The translations under genes and the position numbers were made by a program. Below the pieces are notes generated by a model. The model was given only the letters and a program-made list of their open reading frames with translations. It had not been told where the DNA came from and ran no database searches. From NCBI GenBank assembly GCA_035760905.1, contig DASTSC010000132.1:7707-71706 (forward strand): a DNA stretch of 64,000 nt, written 5' to 3'. This stretch comes from Candidatus Limnocylindrales bacterium (GTDB lineage: Bacteria > Chloroflexota > Limnocylindria > Limnocylindrales > CSP1-4). Shown here in pieces: positions 37,458 to 46,024 of this stretch. Each line of letters starts with the position of its first letter. Position 1 is the stretch's first letter.

Positions 37458-39155
37458 ATCTCGGTCGCGCGGACGCTGCTCGGCGCCTTCGCCGCGGCCG
37501 CCCGGAATCTCGAGCAGCACGCGGCCGAGATCAACGCGCTCAACGTCTACCCGGTCCCCGACGGCGACACCGGCTCGAACATGGTCGCGACCGTCCGGGC
37601 GGCGCTCGCCGAGGCTCGCCGGATCCCGCCGTCCCGGGTGGGCGACATGGCGGCCGCGCTCAGCTTCGGGGCGCTCATGGGCGCCCGCGGCAACTCCGGG
37701 GTCATCCTGAGCCAGCTCCTGCGGGGCATCGGCGAAGCGTCCGCGGGCAAGGAGAGCCTGAGCGGTCTCGATCTCGCCTACGCGTTCGCCGAGGGCACGC
37801 GAGCCGCGTACAGCGCGGTCGCCGTGCCGGTCGAGGGGACGATGCTCACGGTTGCCCGCGACGCGAGCGAAGCTGCCGTCGCTGCCGCCGAGCGCGGTGG
37901 CGACGTCGGCGCGGTGCTCGAGGCCGCGGTGAACGCCGCCGCCGCGTCGGTCCGCCGGACGCCGACCCTCCTCGAGATCCTCGCCCAGGCCGGTGTCGTC
38001 GACGCCGGCGGGCAGGGGCTCTACCGGCTGCTCGAGGGCGCGGCCGGTCACGACCCCGCCGCCGAGGAGACGCCGGAGCATCCGATCCCGACGATCGCCG
38101 CCGGCCCCGGCGGCGTCGGCGAGATCGTCGGCCCGGCGGCCGGAGCCGACGGCGGTCGGCAGTTCGGCTACGAGACGCTCTTCATCGTCGAGGCCCGCGA
38201 CGGGGACCGCCTCGACGCACGCGAGATCCGGTCGCGCCTCGCTGCGCTCGGCGAGTCGGTGCTCGTCGCCGGCGACGAGCACCGGGTCAAGGTGCACGTC
38301 CATGGCGAGCGGCCCGATGCGGTCATCGGCTACGGCCTGTCGCTCGGGACGCTGCGGAACATCTCGGTCGAGAACCTCGACGCCCAGGCGGCGGAGGTTC
38401 GCGACGCGCGCGAGATGCAGCTCGCCGACGACCTCGCCCGCGACCTGCCGCGGCCGGTCGAGTCGGACGGCGAGGATGCGGTCGTGTCCGACGTCCGGCA
38501 GCCCGCGATCCTCGCCGTCGTCTCCGGCGACGGCCTCGCCCGCGTCTTCCGCGCCCTCGGCGCCGACCTCCTCCTCAACGGCGGGCAGGCCGCGAACCCG
38601 AGCACCGGCGAGCTGCTGCGGGTCGCCCGGCTCGCCCGATCCCGTGAGGTCATCGTCCTGCCGAACAACCCGAACGTCCGGATGGCCGCGGAGCAGGCCG
38701 CCGCGCACTGCCCCGAGCGCCGCATCGTCGTGATCCCGACCCGCAACCCCGTCGAGGGGATCGCCGCGCTCCTCGCCCTCGATCCGTCGAAGGACGCCGA
38801 CGCGAATGCCGGACCGATGGCCGACGCCGCGCGTTCGGTCCCGTCGCTCCTCGTGACCGAGGCCGTCCGCGACGCCAGGGTCGACGGCCGTGACGTCCGG
38901 CAGGGCCAGACGATCGTCCTCGACCCGGACGAGGGGATCGTGGCCGGCGGCCCCGACGGTCCGACCGCGATCGTCGAGGCGGTCGCCCACCTGCCACTCG
39001 ACGCCGAGCTCGTGACGGTCTACACCGGTGCCGACGCGAAGCCGACCGAAACGTCCGCACTCGTCGAGCGCCTTCGAGCCGCCCGGCCCGACTCGGAGAT
39101 CGAGGTCGTCGAGGGCGGCCAGGCCCATTACCGCTACCTGATCTCGGCTGAGTAG
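37458..39155 (+). CDS. DAK2-domain fusion protein YloV/FakA-like; start codon uncertain (no ATG/GTG/TTG in frame before the conserved DGDTG motif)
   Basis: Conserved N-terminal DAK2 signature INALNVYPVPDGDTGSNM lies upstream of the first ATG (37581) in the same frame; frame is open from 37221 without canonical starts; ATC 37458 or CTG 37476 are the only candidates; C-terminal DegV/YloV-like domain present. Confidence 0.7.
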   Translation: MSVARTLLGAFAAAARNLEQHAAEINALNVYPVPDGDTGSNMVATVRAALAEARRIPPSRVGDMAAALSFGALMGARGNSGVILSQLLRGIGEASAGKESLSGLDLAYAFAEGTRAAYSAVAVPVEGTMLTVARDASEAAVAAAERGGDVGAVLEAAVNAAAASVRRTPTLLEILAQAGVVDAGGQGLYRLLEGAAGHDPAAEETPEHPIPTIAAGPGGVGEIVGPAAGADGGRQFGYETLFIVEARDGDRLDAREIRSRLAALGESVLVAGDEHRVKVHVHGERPDAVIGYGLSLGTLRNISVENLDAQAAEVRDAREMQLADDLARDLPRPVESDGEDAVVSDVRQPAILAVVSGDGLARVFRALGADLLLNGGQAANPSTGELLRVARLARSREVIVLPNNPNVRMAAEQAAAHCPERRIVVIPTRNPVEGIAALLALDPSKDADANAGPMADAARSVPSLLVTEAVRDARVDGRDVRQGQTIVLDPDEGIVAGGPDGPTAIVEAVAHLPLDAELVTVYTGADAKPTETSALVERLRAARPDSEIEVVEGGQAHYRYLISAE

Positions 39156-39261
39156 GGGAGTCGCGGCTCGCGGGTCGAGCTCCGGGGCCGCCCCGGCTGC
39201 CGCGGACCCGGGGACGCTCCTCGCGCGGCCGATCGGGCAGTCCGGGATCCAGGCCGCCGCC

Positions 39262-41382
39262 GTGCTCCGGCGGCTCGGACCGCGGCTCGGGATCCTGACC
39301 CTGCGCGACCTCCTCTTCCATCTGCCGCGCCGCTACGACGACCTGCGCGAGATGCGCCTCCTCGGCGACCTCGTCTGGGTCGCGGACGGCACGCCGGTCA
39401 GCGCCCGGGCGCGGGTGACGGACGTTCGGGTCGAGCCGGGGTTCAGGCGCCGCGTCCAGCGGACCGTCGCCCGCCTCGAGGACGAGAGCGGCTCGATCGA
39501 CGCGACCTGGTTCGGCCGCCGCTACATCGAGCGCCGGCTCCATCCGGGCGACCGCGTCGTCGTCAGCGGCCGGCTCAAGCACTTCGGGCGCCGGCTCACC
39601 CTCGACAACCCCGACTTCCAGCCCGACGCCGACGACGCCAGCCTCCTCCACGTCGGCCGGATCGTGCCGGTCTACCGCCTCACCGCGGGCCTCACCGCGG
39701 CCCGGCTGCGGACCGCGATCCGGGCCGCCCTCGACCGGGCCGGCGACGAGTACCCGGAGTACCTGCCCGATCGGATCCGGGTCGCCGAGGACCTGGCCCC
39801 GATCGGCGCGACCCTCGAGCACGCGCATTTCCCGCCCGACTTTCCCGAACGCGACGCGGCTCTCCGGCGCCTCGCCTTCGACGAGCTGCTCGCGCTCCAG
39901 GTCGGGATGGTCGCGCGCCGCCGCGAGCGTGACCGGCGCACCGCGAGCCCGATCGAGGTCACGCCCGAGCTCGACACGCGGCTGCGCGGGTCGGTCGAGG
40001 CCTCGATCTCGCGGTCGCTGCGTCGCCCGGTCGTCCTGACCGCCGACCAGGCAGCCGCGATCGTCGCCGTCGGGGCCGATCTCGCTCGCCGCCAGCCGAT
40101 GGTCCGCCTGCTCCAGGGCGACGTCGGCTCGGGCAAAACGGCGGTCGCGGCCTGGGCACTCGGCGGGGCCGCGGCGTCCGGGCTCCAGGGGGCGCTGCTC
40201 GCGCCGACCGACCTCCTCGCCCGCCAGCACGCGGCGACCGTCGGCGCGCTGCTCGAGGACGCCGGGATCGGGGTGACGCTCCTCACGGGCTCGCTCAGCG
40301 GCGCCGGGACGCGCAAGGCCCTCGACCAGATCGCGTCCGGGCAGGCAGGGGTCGTCGTCGGAACGCACGCCCTCATGTCGGAACGCGTCGAGTTCGCCCG
40401 CCTGGGGCTCGTCGTGATCGACGAGCAGCACCGGTTCGGGGTCGAGCAGCGGGCGCAGCTCGAGGCAAAGGCCGCTGACTCGCCGCACGTCCTGCTCATG
40501 ACGGCGACGCCGATCCCCCGGACGCTCGGGCAGGTCCTCTATGCCGACCTCGACGTGTCGAACCTGCGGACGCCGCCGGAGGGGCGGCTCCGGGTCGGGA
40601 CCGGCATTCGCAACCCGGAGCAGGCGTCGAAGGTCTGGGAGCTCGTCGAGAGCGAGGCCCGGGCGGGACGCGCATCGTTCGTCGTCGTCCCGGCAATCGA
40701 CGAGTCCGAGGACGACGGGTCGGTCGCCGCGACGACCGAGGCCGAGCGGCTGCGCCATCTCCTCCCGGACCTGCGCGTCGGTCTCGTCCACGGCCGGATG
40801 AAGGCCGCGGAGCGTGACGCCGAGGTCGGCCGCCTGCGCGACGGCGAACTCGACGTCCTCGTCGGAACCACGGTTCTCGAGGTCGGCGTCGACGTCCCGC
40901 GCGCGACGGTCATGGTCGTCGAGGCGGCCGAGCGCTTCGGGCTCGCCCAGCTCCACCAGCTCCGCGGCCGGGTGGGCCGGGGCACGGAACAGTCGTACGC
41001 GGCGCTGCTGTCGACGGCGGCGCCGAGCAACGAGGCCTGGCGGCGCCTGACCGACGGCGACGTTCCGCCCGAGACCCCCGAGCAGGCGCGGCTCGTGGCG
41101 CTGGCCCGGACGACCGACGGTTTCGAGCTCGCCGAGCAGGACTGGGAGATCCGGCGGGAAGGCGACGTCCTCGGCTTCGACCAGAGCGGCCTGCCGTCGC
41201 TCCGCGTCGCTTCGCTCGCTCGCGAAGGCGACCGCGAGCTCGCGGTCCGGGCGCGCCGGCACGCCGAGGCCCTCCTCGACGAGGCCGGGCGACTCGGCCC
41301 GGACGAGGCCGCGCTCGACCGGGAGCTGCGGACCGGCTGGCTCCGCGGCCTGTGGGCGGGCGAGGTCGCGGCGGGTGTATGA
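39262..41382 (+). CDS. recG: ATP-dependent DNA helicase RecG
   Basis: N-terminal wedge domain, helicase motifs I (GDVGSGKT), II (DEQH), VI (QLRGRVGRG); GTG start (first start codon after upstream in-frame stop). Confidence 0.9.
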   Translation: MLRRLGPRLGILTLRDLLFHLPRRYDDLREMRLLGDLVWVADGTPVSARARVTDVRVEPGFRRRVQRTVARLEDESGSIDATWFGRRYIERRLHPGDRVVVSGRLKHFGRRLTLDNPDFQPDADDASLLHVGRIVPVYRLTAGLTAARLRTAIRAALDRAGDEYPEYLPDRIRVAEDLAPIGATLEHAHFPPDFPERDAALRRLAFDELLALQVGMVARRRERDRRTASPIEVTPELDTRLRGSVEASISRSLRRPVVLTADQAAAIVAVGADLARRQPMVRLLQGDVGSGKTAVAAWALGGAAASGLQGALLAPTDLLARQHAATVGALLEDAGIGVTLLTGSLSGAGTRKALDQIASGQAGVVVGTHALMSERVEFARLGLVVIDEQHRFGVEQRAQLEAKAADSPHVLLMTATPIPRTLGQVLYADLDVSNLRTPPEGRLRVGTGIRNPEQASKVWELVESEARAGRASFVVVPAIDESEDDGSVAATTEAERLRHLLPDLRVGLVHGRMKAAERDAEVGRLRDGELDVLVGTTVLEVGVDVPRATVMVVEAAERFGLAQLHQLRGRVGRGTEQSYAALLSTAAPSNEAWRRLTDGDVPPETPEQARLVALARTTDGFELAEQDWEIRREGDVLGFDQSGLPSLRVASLAREGDRELAVRARRHAEALLDEAGRLGPDEAALDRELRTGWLRGLWAGEVAAGV

Positions 41383-41406
41383 GCGGCCTGGCCCGAGGCG
41401 GAGCGG

Positions 41407-42018
41407 ATGGCTGACGCCGGTCGGGTGATCGCCGGCTCCGCGCGCGGGACACGGCTCGCCGCACCGGGCAGCGGAACGCGGCCCCTCGGCGACCGGGTCA
41501 AGCAGACGCTCTTCGCGATCCTCGAGCCCGACCTGCCCGGCGCTCGCGTGCTCGACCTGTTCGCCGGCAGCGGCGCGGCCGGGATCGAGGCCCTGTCGCG
41601 CGGGGCGGCGGCCGCCGTGTTCGTCGAGCGGGACCCGCGCGCCGTCGCCGCGATCCGGGAGAACCTCGCCCGCGCCGGCTTCGGCCGGCCGGCGGCGCTC
41701 ATCGTCCCGGCTGACGTGCTCGCGTTCATCGGGCGACCGCTCGAGGAGCACCCTCCCTTCGATATCGTCATCGCCGACCCGCCCTACGCCGAGCCCGAGG
41801 CGCTCGACCCGATCCTCCGCCGTCTCGGCGCCCCCATCGGCCCGCTCGTCGACGGGGCCCGTGTCGTCGTGAAGCACTTCTGGCGGACGCAGCTGCCCGA
41901 CCGGGTCGGGCTGCTAGCATCCGAGCGCGTTCGGCGCTTCGGCGAGACCGCGCTGACGTTCTACCGGCGCCGGCCGGCCGAGCCCGGCCCGACCGAGGAT
42001 CGAGCGGAGGCGAGATGA
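41407..42018 (+). CDS. rsmD: 16S rRNA (guanine966-N2)-methyltransferase RsmD
   Basis: LDLFAGSGAAGIEALSRGA SAM motif and DPPY catalytic motif. Confidence 0.85.
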   Translation: MADAGRVIAGSARGTRLAAPGSGTRPLGDRVKQTLFAILEPDLPGARVLDLFAGSGAAGIEALSRGAAAAVFVERDPRAVAAIRENLARAGFGRPAALIVPADVLAFIGRPLEEHPPFDIVIADPPYAEPEALDPILRRLGAPIGPLVDGARVVVKHFWRTQLPDRVGLLASERVRRFGETALTFYRRRPAEPGPTEDRAEAR

Positions 42019-42518
42019 CCATCGCCGTCTACCCGGGCTCGTTCGACCCGATCACGCTCGGCCACCTCGACGTCATCGACCGGGCGACGCGCGTGTTCGA
42101 CCGGCTCGTCGTCGGCGTCCTCGTCAACCCCCGCAAGGAGCCGCTGCTCGACACGGATCGCCGGGTCGCGATCGTCCGCGAGGCGATCGCCGGCCGCGAA
42201 TCGGCCGGCCGCGTCGGTGTCGAGGCGTTCGAGGGGCTGACGGTCGAGTTCGCCCGGTCGGTCGGCGCCCGCTGGGTCGTCCGGGGCCTCCGAGCGGTGT
42301 CGGACTTCGAGCTCGAGCTCCAGCTGGCCCAGACGAACCGCGTCCTCGCGCCCGAGATCGATGCCGTCTTCTTCATGACCGCCCTCGAGCTCGCCTACGT
42401 CAGCTCGAGCCTCGCCCGGGAGATCGCGGCGTTCGGCGGCGACGTGTCGGCGCTCGTCCCGGACGCGGCGGCCGCGGCCCTCCGGGAGCGCTTCGGGCGG
42501 TCCGGCCCCGTGCGATAA
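42015..42518 (+). CDS. coaD: Phosphopantetheine adenylyltransferase
   Basis: YPGSFDPITLGHLDVI HxGH nucleotidyltransferase motif, ISSSLAREIA; overlaps rsmD stop. Confidence 0.9.
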   Translation: MTIAVYPGSFDPITLGHLDVIDRATRVFDRLVVGVLVNPRKEPLLDTDRRVAIVREAIAGRESAGRVGVEAFEGLTVEFARSVGARWVVRGLRAVSDFELELQLAQTNRVLAPEIDAVFFMTALELAYVSSSLAREIAAFGGDVSALVPDAAAAALRERFGRSGPVR

Positions 42519-42557
42519 TCCGCGCGACCCGGCGCCGCGTCATCGGAGGGCGGACCG

Positions 42558-43118
42558 ATCGACATCATCTTCCTCGTCGAGCGCCTCGAGTCGCTCCTCG
42601 CGAACGGCAAGAAGCTGCCGCTGACGAACAACGTCGTCGTCGACCAGAACGCGGCCCTCGGGCTCGTCGACGAGCTTCGGGCGGCGGTCCCCGAGGAGGT
42701 TCGGGCCGCGAAGCGGATCAATTCCGAGGGCGAGCGGATCCTCGACAAGGCCCAGGAGGAGGCCGAGCGGATCATCGCCCGGGCCCAGGAGCAGGCGACC
42801 TTCCTCATCGACGAGCGTGGCCTCACCCAGGCCGCCGAGGAGGAGAGTCGCCGGATCATCGAGCGCGCGGAGCGCGACGCCGAGGAGATCCGGCGTGGCG
42901 CCGACGAGTACGCGGTCAATGTCCTGGTCGGGCTCGAGGGCGACCTGGTGAAAACGCTCGGCAGCGTCAAGAAGGGGATCGCGATGCTCGACGAGCGCCG
43001 CGCGGAGCTGTCCGCGGAGCCCGGCGATGCCGGGTCGTTCATCGCCGAGGCGGACCGCAACGGTCATGCCCGCGACGTCGACGAGGCGGAGGGGACCTCG
43101 CAGCCGGCGAGGCTGTGA
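42558..43118 (+). CDS. Conserved coiled-coil protein (DivIVA/ATP-synthase-b-like helical protein found between coaD and yceD); non-canonical start, not in supplied ORF track
   Basis: Frame 0 open from coaD TAA (42516) to TGA 43118; translation IDIIFLVERLESLLANGKKLPLTNNVVVDQNAALGLVDELRAAVPEEVRAAKRINSEGERILDKAQEEAERII... is heptad-rich with coding GC3 bias; no ATG/GTG/TTG in frame until codon about 130; ATC 42558 lies 7 nt after GGAGGG. Confidence 0.5.
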   Translation: MDIIFLVERLESLLANGKKLPLTNNVVVDQNAALGLVDELRAAVPEEVRAAKRINSEGERILDKAQEEAERIIARAQEQATFLIDERGLTQAAEEESRRIIERAERDAEEIRRGADEYAVNVLVGLEGDLVKTLGSVKKGIAMLDERRAELSAEPGDAGSFIAEADRNGHARDVDEAEGTSQPARL

Positions 43119-43125
43119 TCGTCCG

Positions 43126-43749
43126 ATGAGCCCGCGTCCCTCGCGCTCCCCGCGGCCGGCGCGCTCCCCGCGGCCCGCGGCGACGACCTCGCGCGACGCC
43201 GCCGACGCGCTCACGTTCCCGGTCGCCGGCCTGCTCGCCGAGCCACCCGGAACGGTGCGCGAGGACGCGATCGCCCCGGTCTGGGTCGACGCCGGCGAGG
43301 AGACCGCGCTCGCGGAGCCGGTCGCCGGCACCCTCCGTCTGGCGCGAACGAACCGCGGCCTGCTCGTGGACGCCGAGCTCCACACCGCGCTCGCGACCGA
43401 GTGCAGCCGCTGCCTCCGCGACATCGTCGTCCCGCTCGACCTGCGGATCGAGGAGGAGGCCCTGCCCTCGGTCGAGCTCGCGTCCGGGCTGCCGGTCGAC
43501 ACCGCGATCGAACCCGACGTCGTCCGCCTGAGCGACGCCCACGAGCTTGAGCTGCTGCCGCTCGTCCGCGAGGCGATCTGGCTGGCCCAACCGATCGCGC
43601 CCGTCTGCCGTGACGACTGTCCCGGGCTGTGCGCCGAGTGCGGGCGACCGCTCGACGAGGGCGAGCACGACCACGGGCCGCCCGAGATCGACCCACGCTT
43701 CGAGGCGCTCCGCGGCTTCACGGTCGACGGAGACGCCGATCCCGAATAG
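43126..43749 (+). CDS. yceD: YceD/DUF177 family protein (23S rRNA accumulation protein)
   Basis: C-terminal CxxC...CxxC (ECSRCLRD ... CPGLCAECGRPL) acidic DUF177 architecture; immediately precedes rpmF as in the conserved yceD-rpmF-plsX operon. Confidence 0.75.
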   Translation: MSPRPSRSPRPARSPRPAATTSRDAADALTFPVAGLLAEPPGTVREDAIAPVWVDAGEETALAEPVAGTLRLARTNRGLLVDAELHTALATECSRCLRDIVVPLDLRIEEEALPSVELASGLPVDTAIEPDVVRLSDAHELELLPLVREAIWLAQPIAPVCRDDCPGLCAECGRPLDEGEHDHGPPEIDPRFEALRGFTVDGDADPE

Positions 43750-43857
43750 ACTCCCCACTCGGTGCCAGCCGCACTCCCGCGCGGCGCCACTCCCGAGAAC
43801 GACTGACGGCCCGTTCGGGCCGGATCGACGACCCGGCTCGAAAGGAGGCCAAACCCG

Positions 43858-44061
43858 ATGGGTGTCCCGAAGCGAAAGGTGTCGCACGCTCGGCAGGGCG
43901 AGCGGCGAAGCCACCTGGCCGTCGCGCTGCCCCGCCTCGAGGAATGCCCGCACTGTCACGAGCCGAAGCTGCCGCACCACGCTTGCCCGAACTGCGGCTA
44001 CTACAAGGGCCGCCCGGCCGTCGAGCTCAAGACGAAGTCGGACGAGTCGGCCGCCTCGTAG
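43858..44061 (+). CDS. rpmF: 50S ribosomal protein L32
   Basis: MGVPKRKVSHARQGERRSH...CPHCHEPKLPHHACPNCGYY zinc ribbon. Confidence 0.9.
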   Translation: MGVPKRKVSHARQGERRSHLAVALPRLEECPHCHEPKLPHHACPNCGYYKGRPAVELKTKSDESAAS

Positions 44062-44137
44062 ACGGCGGCCCGATGGCCTCGACTGAGCAGCTCGGGCCTC
44101 GGAGAGCGATCGGCGGATTCGAACTGAGGTTGCGGCG

Positions 44138-45202
44138 ATGACGGACGCGCCCGACCGGCCCGTCGCCGTCGCGGTCGACGTCATGGGCAGCGATCACGGG
44201 CCCGAGGAGGTCGTCCCGGGCGCCGTCGCTCACGCCGTGGCGCATCCCGCCGATCGCCTCCTGCTCGTCGGCCGACCGGACGCCATTCGGGCGAACGTCG
44301 GTGGCCCGCTCCCCGCGAACGTCTCGATCGTCGAGGCGACCGAGGTCATCGAGATGGACGAGCATCCCGCGCTCGCGATCCGCGAGAAGAAGGACGCCTC
44401 GATCCTCGTCGCCTGCGACCTCGTGAAGAAGGGCGAGGCCGAGACCGTCGTGACCGCGGGTCACACCGGCGCTGGCATGGCCGCCGCCGTCCTCCGGCTC
44501 GGTCGGCTGCCCGGCGTCGACCGACCGGCCCTCGCGGTCCAGATGGTCACCGACACCGGTCCGTTCGTGTTCCTCGACATCGGCGCGAACCCCGACTCGA
44601 CGGCCGAGAACCTCGTCCAGTACGCCCACATGGGCTCGATCTTCGCCGAGCACGTGCTCGACGTGGCGCGGCCGCGGGTCGCGCTGCTGTCGATCGGCGA
44701 GGAGAAGGGCAAGGGCGACGCACGAATCCAGCGGGCGACCGAGCTCCTCGACGCCACCGCGCTCAACTTCGTCGGCAACGTCGAGGGCAAGGACCTCGTC
44801 AAGCACATGGCCGACGTCGTCGTCTGCGACGCGGTCGTCGGCAACGTCACGATCAAGTTCTTCGAGGGCCTGTCCGGCTTCATCTTCGACCTGCTCCGCG
44901 CCGAGCTCCGTCGGCCGCCGCGCGGACCCCTCGCCTACGCCCTCCTGCGGCCGGGGCTCGAGCGGATCCGGACGGTGTTCGACTACGAGCGCGTCGGTGG
45001 TTCGCCGCTCCTCGGGGTGAAGGGCAACGTGGTGATCACCCACGGCCGCGCCAGGCGGCGGATGATCACCTTCGCCGTCGGCGTCGGCGCCGATGCGGCG
45101 CGGGCACGCGTGCCGCTGCTCATCGCCGAGCGGCTGGCGGGCGGCCCGGCGCCGGCCGGCGCCGGCGAGCCATCCCGGGCCGCCGACGTCGTCGACTCGT
45201 GA
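44138..45202 (+). CDS. plsX: Phosphate acyltransferase PlsX
   Basis: VAVDVMGSDHGP, FVGNVEG, GNVTIKF, LLGVKG motifs. Confidence 0.9.
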   Translation: MTDAPDRPVAVAVDVMGSDHGPEEVVPGAVAHAVAHPADRLLLVGRPDAIRANVGGPLPANVSIVEATEVIEMDEHPALAIREKKDASILVACDLVKKGEAETVVTAGHTGAGMAAAVLRLGRLPGVDRPALAVQMVTDTGPFVFLDIGANPDSTAENLVQYAHMGSIFAEHVLDVARPRVALLSIGEEKGKGDARIQRATELLDATALNFVGNVEGKDLVKHMADVVVCDAVVGNVTIKFFEGLSGFIFDLLRAELRRPPRGPLAYALLRPGLERIRTVFDYERVGGSPLLGVKGNVVITHGRARRRMITFAVGVGADAARARVPLLIAERLAGGPAPAGAGEPSRAADVVDS

Positions 45203-45717
45203 GCGAACCGGCCCGCCGCCGACGTGTCGCGCCGAGCGCCAGCGACGAGGTTCGCGCCAGGCGGGCCGGCCGGCGCCTCGCGCTGGCCGCGCTGTTCGAG
45301 GCAGAGTTCGGCCAGCGCACCCCGGCCGGTGTCCTCGAGCGCCAGCTCGCCGAGACCGAATCGGACCCGACGGCCGCCGCGCTCGCCCGCGAGATCGTCG
45401 AGGCCGTCGTCGCCCAGCGCGACCGAATCGACGCCACGATCGAGCGCGTGGCGCCCCAATATCCGGTCGTCCAGCTCGCCCGGATGGACCGGGCGATCCT
45501 CCGTGGCGCGATCGGCGAGGTGTTACACTCCGCGACGCCGACCCGGGTGGCGATCGCCGAATGGGTCGAGCTGGCCCGGATCTACAGTGGAGACCCGATG
45601 CGCCGTCTCGTGAACGGTGTCCTCGGGCGGATCGCAGCCGAGGCGGGTGGTGCGTCGCGGCCCGGAGGGGCCCGCGACGGCGTCACCGATACGCCCGACC
45701 ATCCCGGCGCAGCCTAA
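45199..45717 (+). CDS. nusB: Transcription antitermination factor NusB (with Arg-rich N-terminal extension)
   Basis: ARRRAGRRLALAALFEAEF...LARMDRAILRGAIGEVLH NusB helical signature; start overlaps plsX stop. Confidence 0.8.
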   Translation: MSEPARRRRVAPSASDEVRARRAGRRLALAALFEAEFGQRTPAGVLERQLAETESDPTAAALAREIVEAVVAQRDRIDATIERVAPQYPVVQLARMDRAILRGAIGEVLHSATPTRVAIAEWVELARIYSGDPMRRLVNGVLGRIAAEAGGASRPGGARDGVTDTPDHPGAA

Positions 45718-45744
45718 CCGTTCGGCATCCTCGAGGAGGGAGCA

Positions 45745-45981
45745 GTGTCCACCACCTACGATCGGCTCAAGAAGATCGTCGTCGAGCAGCTCGGTGTCGA
45801 CGAGTCCGAGGTGACGCCGGAGGCGTCCTTCGTCGATGACCTGAACGCCGACTCGCTCGACCTCGTCGAGCTGATCATGAGCCTCGAGGAAGAGTTCGGG
45901 ACCGAGATCTCCGACGAGGACGCCGAGAAGATCCGCACCGTCCAGGACGCCGTCGACTACATCGACGAGCACGCCTCCTAG
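45745..45981 (+). CDS. acpP: Acyl carrier protein
   Basis: [36 protein letters not shown] with phosphopantetheine serine in DSLD. Confidence 0.9.
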   Translation: MSTTYDRLKKIVVEQLGVDESEVTPEASFVDDLNADSLDLVELIMSLEEEFGTEISDEDAEKIRTVQDAVDYIDEHAS

Positions 45982-46024
45982 CGGCCCGCGCGACGACGCC
46001 GGGGGCACGCCCGGCCCTGGGCTC

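Noticed and set aside
37352-38647. 431-aa plus-strand ORF in an alternative frame of the DAK2 gene
   Set aside because: Arg-rich junk translation; the neighbouring frame carries the DGDTG DAK2 and YloV motifs
38650-41877. 1075-aa minus-strand ORF antisense to recG
   Set aside because: Low-complexity Arg/Gly/Pro; recG motifs are unambiguous on the plus strand
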